Origin: Vitrella brassicaformis CCMP3155
Taxonomy: Eukaryota > Protista > Chromerida
Assembly (NCBI GenBank): GCA_001179505.1
Contig: CDMY01000269.1
Location: forward strand, 77,815-141,814
Direction: 5' to 3'
DNA length: 64,000 bases
The notes under the pieces were generated by a model. It was given only the letters and a program-made list of their open reading frames with translations. It was not told where the DNA came from and did not search any database. Of the stretch, positions 1-10,379 are shown piece after piece. Position numbers and translations under genes: made by a program. How positions within the stretch are numbered: the first letter of the stretch is position 1; every line of letters begins with the position of its first letter.

Positions 1-1025
1 CTCAGCTCATCTCGGCCCTGTTGTTGCCTATCCACTGCCGCAGACGGTCTCTGTGGTTCACATGTTGCAGTGCTGCTTAGTGTACCTCGCAGGATGCAGG
101 CGAGAAGGTGCATCGATTCCCTACTGCCCCTCCTCCAGGTCGACGTTGAACAGGTAGAGCAGCTCGCTCAGGAGAGAGGACGAGACACAATCACACGCAG
201 CCTGAAGTAAGTGAAGGACATCGACACACGCAGCAAAGTGCCGCTTCCATGGGTATGTCCTCGTCAGTTGCCTGTGGGTGCGCGCAAGTCTGCTACGGGT
301 CTTGGAATCATAGTCGAGCTGCTGCTTGCGACGTGCGATGGCCGTCACGCTGCGGGTGTGATGCGGCTCGCCTGGAGGACACTTGGGCAGCTTGTTGGCG
401 TCAGGCGGAGCAACCTCTGAGTGAAGGAAAGGGAGAAGTGAACATATCATTCATTCTTATTCATTCATCCTCCTCCTCGATGGGCGGCTCGTCCTCATCG
501 TCAGCCAGTGGGTTGACATTCAGTGGCGAAAGGCTGCCCTTCCCTCGCCGTGCCTGCTGGCGGCCGCCGCCCGCCTCCATATCATCATCATGCTGGGCGT
601 GCTAGTTGGGCACGTCGGCGTCGACGATGATCATCAGCATAACAACCAAACACAGCACCGACATGACAACTCGTCGTCATGGTCATCCACCGCACGCTCC
701 GAGTCACGGTCCTGATGAAGTTGCAGTGAATGACAGAAGTGATAGTGAAAGAGCTGTCAATCAGTGCTGACCTTTCACTCGTTTGCTGGCCTTCTCAGCG
801 CCTGAGTGAGAGGCAGAAACACGGACGAGTGAATGGATGGTGTGCTTTGCCATTGCTGCTTCTCTCTTACCCTCTGATTTGCCGCGCACTTTGCCGCCTT
901 CCACGTCGTGGTAAATGCATGCACCGTCAGGGGGCAGGAAGGACGCCCACACCCGGTCCGGGAAAAAAGAAGGATTTCTCCCATATGTATGTACATCTGT
1001 ATACATGCGCTCGACTTTGATGTCG

Positions 1026-1295
1026 AAAATCGCTTCTAGCGCAAGAATGAGAAGGCCAATCGGCCAAGTTTTTGGTGGAGCAGAGGCGCCATTCAATTCC
1101 CCACAACATAGGCAGCTCGGATTTTCGAGAAACGTGTTCTGTGTGGAGTTTTCCTTAGGTCTACGTGACGGCCTATATGTCTGCCGGCACAAAATCGCTT
1201 CTAGCGCAAGAACGAGAAGGCCAATCGGCCAGGTCTTTCGCCTGTTAAGTGCCCCAGAGGGAGCCCGAAAACATAGGCAGCTCGGATTTCCGAGA
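1026..1295. repeat. Two-copy degenerate tandem repeat, period 165 bp
   Basis: AAAATCGCTTCTAGCGCAAGAAYGAGAAGGCCAATCGGCCARGT at 1026 and 1191; AACATAGGCAGCTCGGATTTYCGAGA at 1105 and 1270; both blocks offset by exactly 165. Confidence 0.85.
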
Positions 1296-1951
1296 GCGGG
1301 TCTGTGTGTGGCTGTGCGCCGAAATCGGTAGTGTCTTGCGACATGCTCAAAAAGGTGGCGGTTTGTCAGAACCGCTCAGTTTGCTGTGGACAGCACATGC
1401 CACCAGCCCTGAACCGTATTGACATGTCAGTACAAGCCACGTCAACGAGTGTGTTAAGGTCATTGCAATCCGTACACACACGTCACGAGAGAGATGCGTC
1501 CACATGAATGATTCCGATCATCGATGTGTCTTGAGCTCCTCTCACCCACACACCACACCACACCTACACGTGCCCTGAGTGTGTCCCACCTGCCTGTGTG
1601 TGTTTCCATCTGTCTGTGCCTGCGTCTGTCTGTCAGTCAGTCTCTTCTCCCTCACATGATGGCAAAAGGCGAGACAGCACATCCACACAGCCACAGACAG
1701 AGAGAGAGAGAGAGAGGCGGGGTCTGTCTGTCTGTCTGTCTTGTCTTCTCACGCACACACACATGCAGACTGGATCGATCGTCGGATGGACGGGATGCGA
1801 TTGATGCGACGCCGACGGACGGGCGGATGAACAGAATCTCACCTGCACACCCAACACACAGACAGCGATGGATGGATGGATGGGATGTGTCTGCCCTCCC
1901 TCTCTGCTGACGTACTCATTCGTACTGTCTGTGTCTTGTTTGTGTGTGGTC

Positions 1952-2770
1952 TTATTGGGGAGGGTGCCAGCCGCGGAGAGAGTAGGGGTCGCTGAGACGG
2001 ATCGCCAGACGCATGTCAGACACCATGAGCGTGACACGTCTGCACACACATGGCCAACGGACGGACAGATGGACAGATGGTGTGTTGCAATGTGTTGTGT
2101 GTGTCGGTCAGATGGACAGCTCCTCACTTTGCGTGGATGGTACACTGCATGGCGTCCTCAAACAGCCGCACAGCGAACGCCTCGGTCGCCTCCTGCATGG
2201 CCAGCATCGCACTCGCTTGCCAGCGGAGGCCGCCCGGGGTACCCACCTGCTCCTGATCAGAGAGAGAGAGAGAGAGAAAGAAGGGGCGTGGGTGTGTGTC
2301 GAGTGGGTGTGTCTACCTGGCAGATTTCTTTGACGAGGCGGCGGAAGGGCAACTTGCGACGCAACAGGTCAGTCGACTGCATCAAGGCATCACATCACAT
2401 CGGCACACACACAAACATGAGCAAGACAGAGGTGAGGAGAGGCAGTCACTGCCTGTGTCAGTGAGAGAGTCAGTGAGTGCCTCACCTTCTGGTACTTGCG
2501 GATCTCACGGAGCGCCACTGTGCCGGGGCGATAGCGATACCGACCTGCAACCGACAAACACACAATCACACAGTCAGATCAACACAACACATCCATCCAT
2601 CCAATCATTGCAATGGAATGCACCCCGTCCATCCAGCCACTCCCTTCACCCTCTCATCCACCTGTTTTGGTCATCTTTGGGTGTCGCTTCTTGTCGCTGG
2701 CGGCGCTGAGTGTTTCCTTCTTGACGGCCTTGACGTCCTTCCGCATTGCCTGTGCCTTGGTGCGTCCCAT
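1952..2770 (-). CDS. CENH3: Centromeric histone H3 variant (CenH3/CENP-A-like), 5 exons, about 146 aa
   Basis: Exons 2770-2662, 2544-2486, 2376-2317, 2252-2128, 2039-1952, all GT-AG, splice in frame to MGRTK...[97 protein letters not shown]...*. H3 fold with a longer loop 1 and the CenH3-type substitutions (PFRRL for PFQRL, LRW for LRF, FEDA for FEDT). Confidence 0.9.
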
Positions 2771-3638
2771 GGGGCTGCCGGCTGGCGACTCTGAGCGAGG
2801 GTCAGGGGTGTCAGAGGGCCGGTACTCGACAGGTCAGACAATCAACCGACCAAACACACGAGCGGATGGACCGATCGGATGGATGAACCGACAGAAATTA
2901 GGCGAAAATTTATGGACGGAGAGAGAAGCAATCGAGCATCTCGCATCTGTTTTTGCGTATTCCGTTTACGTATCGCATCCTGTCAACACGAACCGCCCGT
3001 GGCGCTCTTTCACATCCAACGGCAGGCATGGTCAAATGAAGCACAAGGCACGACAGCTTCCCATAATCACACACATTCACATGACTCACTCACTATTCTA
3101 CACACACCCCACTGGGCACTGACGAGGGACGGACGCGGGAGGGAGGGAGGGAGGGAGGGAGGGAGGAAACAAAAATGAAAACAGCAAGCGCTGGTAAAGA
3201 ATTCACACGCTCTCAGCGTCCACTGCGATTGACCTCGACCACACCAACAACATTCCCATGCCCACACGGCAGTGTGTGGGCATGGAAGATTGTCGGAAGG
3301 ATCAAGCAAAGTCACAGTGTCAGTCGACGCGAGACAAAGCAGATGACCAACATGACTACCTCACAACACACACACACGCTCAAACCCCTCGCGCAGCCTG
3401 TCTGCCTGGCATCCACGGCTGTCGCATGCAATGCATTCATGCAGATGATGGACACTCTTGCGCACACGACATCTGTGCAAGCAAGACTGCCGATTATGTG
3501 CACGTCGAACATGTGAGGGCCGAGTCAGCCATGGCAAACCGCTACCGAACTCACAGCAAACATTACACTACACAGCCCCCCTTGTCCACCCACCCCGGTG
3601 TCTATCTGTCTGTACGCGTCCGTACGCATGTGGTGGTG

Positions 3639-4464
3639 TCATGATCTCGAGGCCCCGGAGATAACGGACCACAGTATGGTGAAGCCGAAGGCCGTGTAGA
3701 GGCAGTAGCGGGCCCACTTGTACCTCTGCGACCCCTGCTGGGCGTCCATGTTGACACAGAAGGCGATGCAGCCGATGATGGGGAAGAATATCGACAGAAT
3801 GCACGATATCTGCAGCGACACACCCATACACGTCACCACGCATTATGTGTTGGTGTGTGGAAGTAGGTGACTGGCTATGATTGTGCCGATCTATCTCACT
3901 CACCCTCGCACAGCTGAGCTTCCAGCTCATGTCGTCGTCGTATACCTGCTCCTGCTGCATCTGTGGCAGGCCGCCTTGCACCTCCTGCACCCCAATCACA
4001 TGTGCACCGCCCCACCCCTGAGGCGACCCGCCCCACGGCGGCTGCACATACTGCGGCCGATAAGGTCCCGCGCCGCCCCCTTGGTTGTCCTGCCACATTT
4101 GCGCATACGTCGGTCCACCGCCTTGCGGCTTCTCGCCTGCGTCCGTCGCCACTGGCTGGCCGACAACATACGGCAATGGTTGAGTGACTCCTGGTGTTGA
4201 CGGCACGGTGGACGATTGGTCGTATGGCGGTACGGGGCTAGGTGTGTACTGCGGGTTGACGGGGGAGCTGTGGTCTTCGCCAGAGATGTGATAAATCGCT
4301 TGTGAGGCAGCGGGGCCGGGGGATGGTGAAGTGCCGTTCGTCGCTGGCCAGTTGACGGGCGGTGGCTGGCCTGTGGATGTGTAGGCTGGCGGTGAGGCGC
4401 CGGCAGTGCTGTACACGGGATGAGGCTGGCTGGGCGGAGGGTCAACAGAGGGATATGATGACAT
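3639..4464 (-). CDS. Pro/Gln-rich protein with C-terminal Cys-containing two-hydrophobic-segment domain (dispanin/CD225-like), copy A, 2 exons, intact
   Basis: MSSYPSVDPPP...KLSCAR | ISCILSIFFPIIGCIAFCVNMDAQQGSQRYKWARYCLYTAFGFTILWSVISGASRS*; GT-AG intron. The family name is inferred from topology only. Confidence 0.75.
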
Positions 4465-4554
4465 AACGGCGGCTGCTGATGGCAGATCTTGATTGGTTCT
4501 AAGTCTCAATGATTATCGGGAATTGAACAGCAGCAGCTAAGGGGAGGGCAGATC

Positions 4555-4584
4555 TTCAGGGTTTGGGTTTCAGGGTTTAAACCC
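4555..4584. repeat. Degenerate telomere-like tract TTCAGGG-TTTGGG-TTTCAGGG ending in the palindrome GGGTTTAAACCC
   Basis: Read directly; related tracts at 6136-6158, 8557-8576, 10168-10184 and 48981-49017 (reverse). Confidence 0.55.
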
Positions 4585-4801
4585 TTTGGTCTCTCTCCCA
4601 CCTCCCAGAGGGAGTGGAGCTCTCGCGGGAGGTGTCGCCTCTCCCGTGTCGCACATTCCTGTCGCCGACTCTCGCCGACGAGCACTCACGTTTCTTGAAC
4701 AAAAGAAGCATTGCCAGCGAAGATCTCGGTCCTCAGCTGGTGAATCACATCCTCCGCCTCTTTCCTCCCAACAGTCCTTGCAAGCCGCAGCCGCATCGCT
4801 C

Positions 4802-5423
4802 ATGACATACCCCTCGGTTGAGCAGCCTTCCCTCGCCCAGCCGCAGCCCGTCAACTGGCCATCCGCCGACATCGCCTCACCCACCACTGCACCGGCATAC
4901 GATGTGCCCCAGACGATGCCGGTTGTTATCGGCAAGCCAATGGCGACGGCAGACACAGCCGGAAGGCCCGAGGGCGGTGATCAGCCGCAGTATGTGCAGC
5001 CATAGACGGTGCAGCCGCAGTTGGGTGGTGCTCATGTGATCAACGTGCCGGAGCCGGTAGTGTACAATCCGGGACACGAAGATGAGAAGTCAGGCCGGCT
5101 CACCTGCTTGAAGGTGAGATAGATCGATGTGGGCAGGGAGGCAGAAGCGGCCAGCCATACATTCTTCCCCCTGTGTGTTGTGTTGTGTTGTCCGTTCATC
5201 ATTCCAGGTGTCCTGTGTGTTGTCGGTGCTAGTCTTCCCCATCATCGGCTGCATCGCCTTCTGCCTCACCATGGACGCCAAGAAGGGGTCGCAGCGGCGC
5301 AAGTGGGCCCGCATCTGCCTCGCCACGGGCACGATCATGACGATCTTGTTCGTCACCTGGTTGGTCATGGTCATACGCTCCGGGGATTCCTCTTATTCTT
5401 ACTCTTACTCCTATTCTTTTTGA
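4802..5423 (+). pseudogene. Dispanin-like copy B with premature stop
   Basis: Near-identical to copy D over exon 1, but CCA TAG ACG at 5000-5008 replaces CCG CAG ACG; intron 5114-5207; exon 2 VSCVLSVLVFPIIGCIAFCLTMDAKKGSQRRKWARICL is still open. Confidence 0.75.
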
Positions 5424-6179
5424 CAAGAGCTGTCAAGAGCACAGCTCTCTTGTCACCTGCCTGCTGCGTTGGCTGTCCTCAGTCAGTGAGTGTCAAAGTG
5501 TGTCGTCCCCAGCCAGCCAGGTAGCTCGAGCGGCGTGTGTGTGTACGTGTGTGTGTCCCCCAACCGGGATCTTCCTGCCGGTTGGATGGAGAGGGTCAGT
5601 GAGGGAGTGAGTGGCGGTGTGGTGTATGGACTGCATGTGTGCAGTCTTCTCTTGTGTGGCTGGCTGGCTGGCTGTCGTGCTCGTGTGGCGCATCTCGTTC
5701 TTTGGTGCGTGCCTCACTGCATCCACGGCTGCGCGGCCCGGTTTGCGGCGCAGATCCAGAACAGCATGGTGTGAGGGGGTGGTTGTCAGGGAGGCCTCTG
5801 TCTGTATGGTGATTGTGCCTTGGTGCCTTGTGTCTGTCGTCGCGTACTGGCTGTCTTGCGCCCCTTGCTTCGCTCCCTTCCTGCGTTTGTGTTGTCTTCG
5901 TCTTGAATATGTGTGTGTGTGTGTGTGGCTGACTGACTGGCGGACCAGGGGAGGCAGTGGAGCCTCTGCTCTGCAGAGAGATGTATGGTCTGGTATGTGT
6001 GTATGTATTTGCATGTTGCGTGTTGATGAGACTTGTTTGATTCAAGTGGGCATGACGTAATACTATTCACTGCAGAAAGCGTGTGTGCGCACAACTAATT
6101 GTGTTGAACAACAGCAGCCAAGGGAGGGGAGATCCTCAGGGTTTGGGTTCCAGGGTTTCTTCTGGGATGATATCGGTTA

Positions 6180-8017
6180 ATGGGCAACAGAGTGCCGAGG
6201 ACGAGCAGCCAGCAGGACTGGCCTGCCATCCGCAACCAGAGCCTCGACGTCATTCATCGAGAGGGCAGGGATGAGCTGCACAAAATCAAGGCGGTCGGCA
6301 ACCTCAGAATCAGCGCCCGGTTCCTCTCGGGCGTCGACTTCGAGCCGGCTGTGCTCCGCCGCCGCCTCCGCGGCGCCCTGCACGACACCCAACTCGCCGA
6401 CGGGACGCCGCTGGATGCCGTGGTGACGTTCGACATAGACAATCTCGGGAGCAAGCTGCTGCTGCAGGTGTGGGTGCCCTAGACACGGGGGATGGATGGA
6501 TGGATGGATACTCTGGGTGTGTGTGTGCAGGCGTGGTGGCTGGTGGAGCACCAGCAGTGGGATGAGGCGGCCGACGCGCTGCGGCTGGCCCACCAGCTGA
6601 CCTACTGTGAGCTGCCGGTCATCGTCACACAGCAAGATTTAGAGAAACACCGTAGCAAACAGGTCGGTGGGCTGATAGGCGAAGGGGACGGGTGGGTGGC
6701 ACTCATCTCTCTGTGTTTGTGTGATGTGACGGATGTGTGTGACGTCAGGCGTATTTGGCTGAGCCGCGTGTGGTGGCGCTGTGGAAGATGGTCGGCCGCT
6801 ATGTCGACTTCGGTGGCGAGCGGGGCAGATTTGAGCTGTTCGACCACGGCAATGGCGACCTGCGGGCCGTCAAGGACGAGCCCGAGCACCGCCTCAATCT
6901 GACCCCCCTGCCCCCCGCCCACCCCTACCACACGCACACCAGCCCCCACAACCCCCCCGTCAGACACCACATCGCCGGCTACAACGACGACAGCGGCTGG
7001 TACGGCTGGTACACTGGTGGCCGGGTGATCACCGATGCGTCATTTTCCTCCTTTTTGATGAGCACCATCCTGCTGCGCACCTATCCCGACATGCAAAATA
7101 CCGAGAAATTCATAGACCGGTCGGCCAGTCCGTAAGGGGCACACCGATTGTGGTCGTCCCTGATGCTTCATTGCCTGGCTGTGTGTGTCTGTCTGCAGTG
7201 ATGCCCGTGGCGGCGTGTTGGCGGGTCTGCTCGACCAGTCGGTCCACCAGCCGGTCGAGGGCACCACGGCCGCCATGGCGTTTACCATTGCCAACTACGC
7301 ACCACACAAGTACCTGCTGCTGACGCCGTTCGACCACCCATTCATCGCATCCATCGACATCGACGACTCGGGGAATGGACAGGGCAAGCCACAGACGAGA
7401 GAGGGCCACCCAGACAGACAGCCCGTTCATTCCGCTGTGCTGTGTGGCTGCAGTGTGTGTGGCGGTGTATACGACCGAGCCGCTCGCAGCGGGTGTGTCT
7501 GCTGATGCGCCCTTCAAGCAGCGCTTCCCCCGCACCACCGCCATGGCGCGTTCCGTCCTGGGACCGATGACGATCGCACCCATAGTGTTCGACGGTGAGG
7601 ACCCCAATGAGGACGACAACGGCGATGGGCAGGACGACGATGGCAATAGCGATGAAGGTGGGTGGGTCTCTCTCTCGGCACAGGGGCCCTTGATGGATGG
7701 TCAGGTCGGTCTCACTTGTGTGCTGTGTTGTGTGCAGATATGGGTGGCGATAGCGATGACGGGGAGCGCAACGGCGGCGATGAGGAGGAGGGTAAGACAG
7801 ACAGCACGAGGTGAGGTGCATGAAGCAAAGCCAATCTGGCTTTCCCTCCTTTGTGTATGTGTGTGGTGGGTGGCTGTGCCTGCAGCTACGGCGGGTGACG
7901 GGGGCGGTGGAAATGACGGACACGATGATATATGATGTTGACACAGGTCGGTCGGTGGCACGTGTGTGTGTGTGTGTGCTGATTGTCATGTCTGTGTGTG
8001 CAATGATGGCAGGTTAG
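6180..8017 (+). CDS. Multi-exon protein of unknown function (family F, copy 1), acidic C-terminus
   Basis: Exon chain MGNRVPRTSSQQDWPAIR...SKLLLQ | AWWLVEH...YCELPVIV...RSKQ | AYLAEPRVVALWK...RFELFDHGNGDLRAVKDEPEHRLNL...DRSASP | DARGGVLAG...PFDHPF | ...PFKQRFPRTTAMARSVLGP...DGEDPNEDD; a conserved paralog at 47412-48955 supports coding status. The 3' end is tentative. Confidence 0.75.
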
Positions 8018-8994
8018 TTCGCTAGAGGTGGCGGCGAGGCGGTGTAGCTCACCCGACGGCACAAGACGGGGAAGGCATGGAAAGAGAGAGAGAGAGAGAG
8101 AGAGATGGGTGTGGTGTAGACAAACAAGAGGGGTGGGACGGGCTGGGTGTGTGTGGGTGCGTGTGCATACTCTACGCTTGGTGGAACTCCCTTGCGTCCC
8201 TCCCTGGATGGACGGCCCTTGTACAGATCGACAGACAAGCGTGTTTCATTAACGAACGAATGAGTGAATGATTCGACCGTGCATCGCTGCATTCGACTGC
8301 ATCAATCCGACCGTCCGTGTCATCCATCTCTCCCTCATCCACGATAGCCACGAACGCCAAACGAGACAGACAGTCAGACACACAGAAGTCACCAGACCGA
8401 CCCAAGCACCTCACGGTCATCACAGTTTGGTTCTCCTCGGCTGTGGCTTGGCAGTCATCACCCCATCCCATCCCATCAGCGGCAGTTTCACCGGGAAACA
8501 GTCAAGCACTCGGCTGTTTCAGCATGACGCAAAAATGCTTTGAGATCTGACCTGTCTCAGGGTATGGGTTTCAGGGCGGAGAGTTCAGTTATCACACGCA
8601 TGCAGTCCAGTGCACACAACACACACAGGTGGGTCAGGTCAGTGCACGCAAGCCCTATCAACACACACACAAATCGACTGACTACTTGACCCCCCACAGA
8701 TCAAGGCGATGCGCCACTCAATCAATCCGACATATACTGCCAAATGACTGAAACAGAATGTCTGCCTTCGAGGTACAGCCTTCTGATCGCCCCCATACAC
8801 AGCAACGACATTCGCTTGCCCACGAGGCAGTGTGTGAGCCGTGCCAGGGGACATCATCCGTCTGCTCAAGGGAAATCACTCACAGCGGCCGTCAGTCAGT
8901 CGGCAAAGCAGGGGAGGCAGAACACCAACATCGCATCACACATAACACATAACGCATACGTCACACCAGTGAGTCCAGCGAGATCCTCCCCTCC

Positions 8995-9578
8995 CTCAGG
9001 AGGTTGCCAACACCAGAATGATGATCAGCGCGATGACAGCGATGGGGGCGATGAGGCATTAGCGGGCCCACTTGTACCTCTCCGTCCCCCTCTTGGCGTC
9101 CAGGTTGACACAGAAGGCGATGCAGCCGATGATGGGGAAGAATATCGACAACACGCACGATATCTGCCCACACACACACAGAGGGAGAATGTTTGGCTGT
9201 GCGAGCAGCTGCCCACATCTCTTTGTGTGTCACCTGTGCGCAGGTGAGCATAGATTCTTCAGCTCTGTCCTGCACCTCGACCACGTGGATGACGTGAGCT
9301 CCGCCATTTAATGGCTGCGGCTGGACGTACGGCTGCTGGACGACGGGCCCTCCCACGCCTCCCTGGACCATCTGGGTATACGTGGGACCAGCCGCCATCG
9401 CCAGCGGCTGTCCGATGGCGTACGGCGCCGGCTGGACGACCACCGTAGTGGTGGACGGACCCGCGGACGACTGCGGTACGGGCGTGGGCGAGTACTGGGG
9501 GTTGACGGGCGAGGTGTGGCCTTCGATTTCTTCAGAGGAGTAAGTCGGAGGAGCGTCGACGGACGGAAAGGATGGCAT
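8995..9578 (-). pseudogene. Dispanin-like copy C with premature stop before the second hydrophobic segment
   Basis: MPSFPSVDAPP...EESMLTCAQ | ISCVLSIFFPIIGCIAFCVNLDAKRGTERYKWAR*; TAA at 9059-9061 where copy E has TAC. Confidence 0.75.
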
Positions 9579-9675
9579 TGCGGACGACTGTTAGGCTGAT
9601 GTCAACGAACGAAGAAAAGTCCAGCAGCAGGGCAAAACGGATTGGAAGGAAGATGGAATGTGCGCCTTTGGGACA

Positions 9676-9743
9676 CTCAAAGGCAGCTCGCAACCCGAGA
9701 GTTAAGAGAGCTCAAAGGAAGCTCGCAACCCGAGAGTTAAGAG
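9676..9743. repeat. Two-copy direct repeat, period 35 bp
   Basis: CTCAAAGGMAGCTCGCAACCCGAGAGTTAAGAG at 9676 and 9711. Confidence 0.9.
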
Positions 9744-9762
9744 CGGATGTCCTCCTGGGTTC

Positions 9763-9833
9763 TGTTGAGGAAATGATGTGTCGGCCCGCAGATGGATAAC
9801 CTCGGCTATAGCCTGATTGGTTTCTCAACAGGT
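9763..9833 (+). ncRNA. Candidate box C/D snoRNA-like unit 1 (71-bp direct repeat with 10018-10088)
   Basis: Terminal stem TGTTGAGGAA/TTTCTCAACA encloses ATGATG (9773) and CTGA (9813). The repeat is certain; the ncRNA call is inference. Confidence 0.4.
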
Positions 9834-9868
9834 CATGAGCTCCACTAACCTCAGTTGGAACCCCGATG

Positions 9869-9919
9869 AGCGGTGATGCCTAGGGCCAAACCGGGCGGAG
9901 AACAATCCTGCTGAGCGCT
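9869..9919 (+). ncRNA. Candidate box C/D snoRNA-like unit 2
   Basis: AGCG-GTGATG(9873)...GAACAATCCTG-CTGA(9911)-GCGCT; short terminal stem; C-to-D spacing like unit 1. Confidence 0.35.
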
Positions 9920-9932
9920 GCGGAGGGGTCGC

Positions 9933-9944
9933 GAGTTCGATTCC
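9933..9944 (+). promoter_or_regulatory. Pol III B-box-like motif GAGTTCGATTCC
   Basis: Matches the GTTCRANNC consensus within a T-arm-like GGTCGCGAGTTCGATTCC; no complete tRNA cloverleaf found around it. Confidence 0.3.
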
Positions 9945-10017
9945 TGGAGCAACACCGGAAACCTTGGAAAGGCAGGAGCGGAAAGGGGGTATCCTATCTC
10001 TGCGGTCCGAAGGGGGG

Positions 10018-10088
10018 TGTTGAGGAAATAATGTGTCGGCCCGCAGATGAATAACCTCGGCTATAGCCTGATTGGTTTCTCAACAGGT
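10018..10088 (+). ncRNA. Candidate box C/D snoRNA-like unit 3 (copy of unit 1 with 2 substitutions)
   Basis: Same stem and CTGA; box C reads ATAATG. Confidence 0.3.
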
Positions 10089-10379
10089 TCCTCTGTGCAT
10101 GTGGAGCGTGCGTGGCTGATTCCTGTTGCGTCGTTCGGTTGATTGTGGGCTGGCCGTTTAGGACATAGGTTTAAACCCTTTGGTTTCTCGCCTATCTCTT
10201 CGTGCCCTCTCTTCCCCGTCCCCGTGTCGCACATTGCTGTCGCCGACTCTCGCCGACGAGCACTCACGTTTCCTGAACAAAAAAGGCATTGCCGGCAAAG
10301 ATCTCGGTCCTCAGCTAGTGAATCACATCCTCAGCCTCTTTCCTCCCAACAGTCCTTGCAAGCCGCAGCCGCATCAGTC

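Noticed and set aside
1-720. Possible exons of a gene at the window edge (plus-strand exon about 69-205 with a GTAAGT donor; minus-strand ORF 121-450 and an acidic stretch at about 463-600)
   Set aside because: I could not build a consistent spliced frame on either strand and saw no recognisable motif.
916-923. TGCATGCA, a known ApiAP2 binding motif (also at 30697 and 33197)
   Set aside because: Three hits in 64 kb of TG/CA-rich DNA is not clearly above chance, and none lies in the AP2 gene promoters.
1524-1910. Many Cys/Val-rich or His/Thr-rich ORFs across the window
   Set aside because: They are translations of (TG)n/(CA)n/(GA)n microsatellites in introns and spacers, not proteins.
9661-10090. 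CRISPR-like or tRNA interpretation of the repeat cluster
   Set aside because: Only two copies per repeat, no regular unique spacers, no cas genes, eukaryotic context; no full cloverleaf around the T-arm-like motif.
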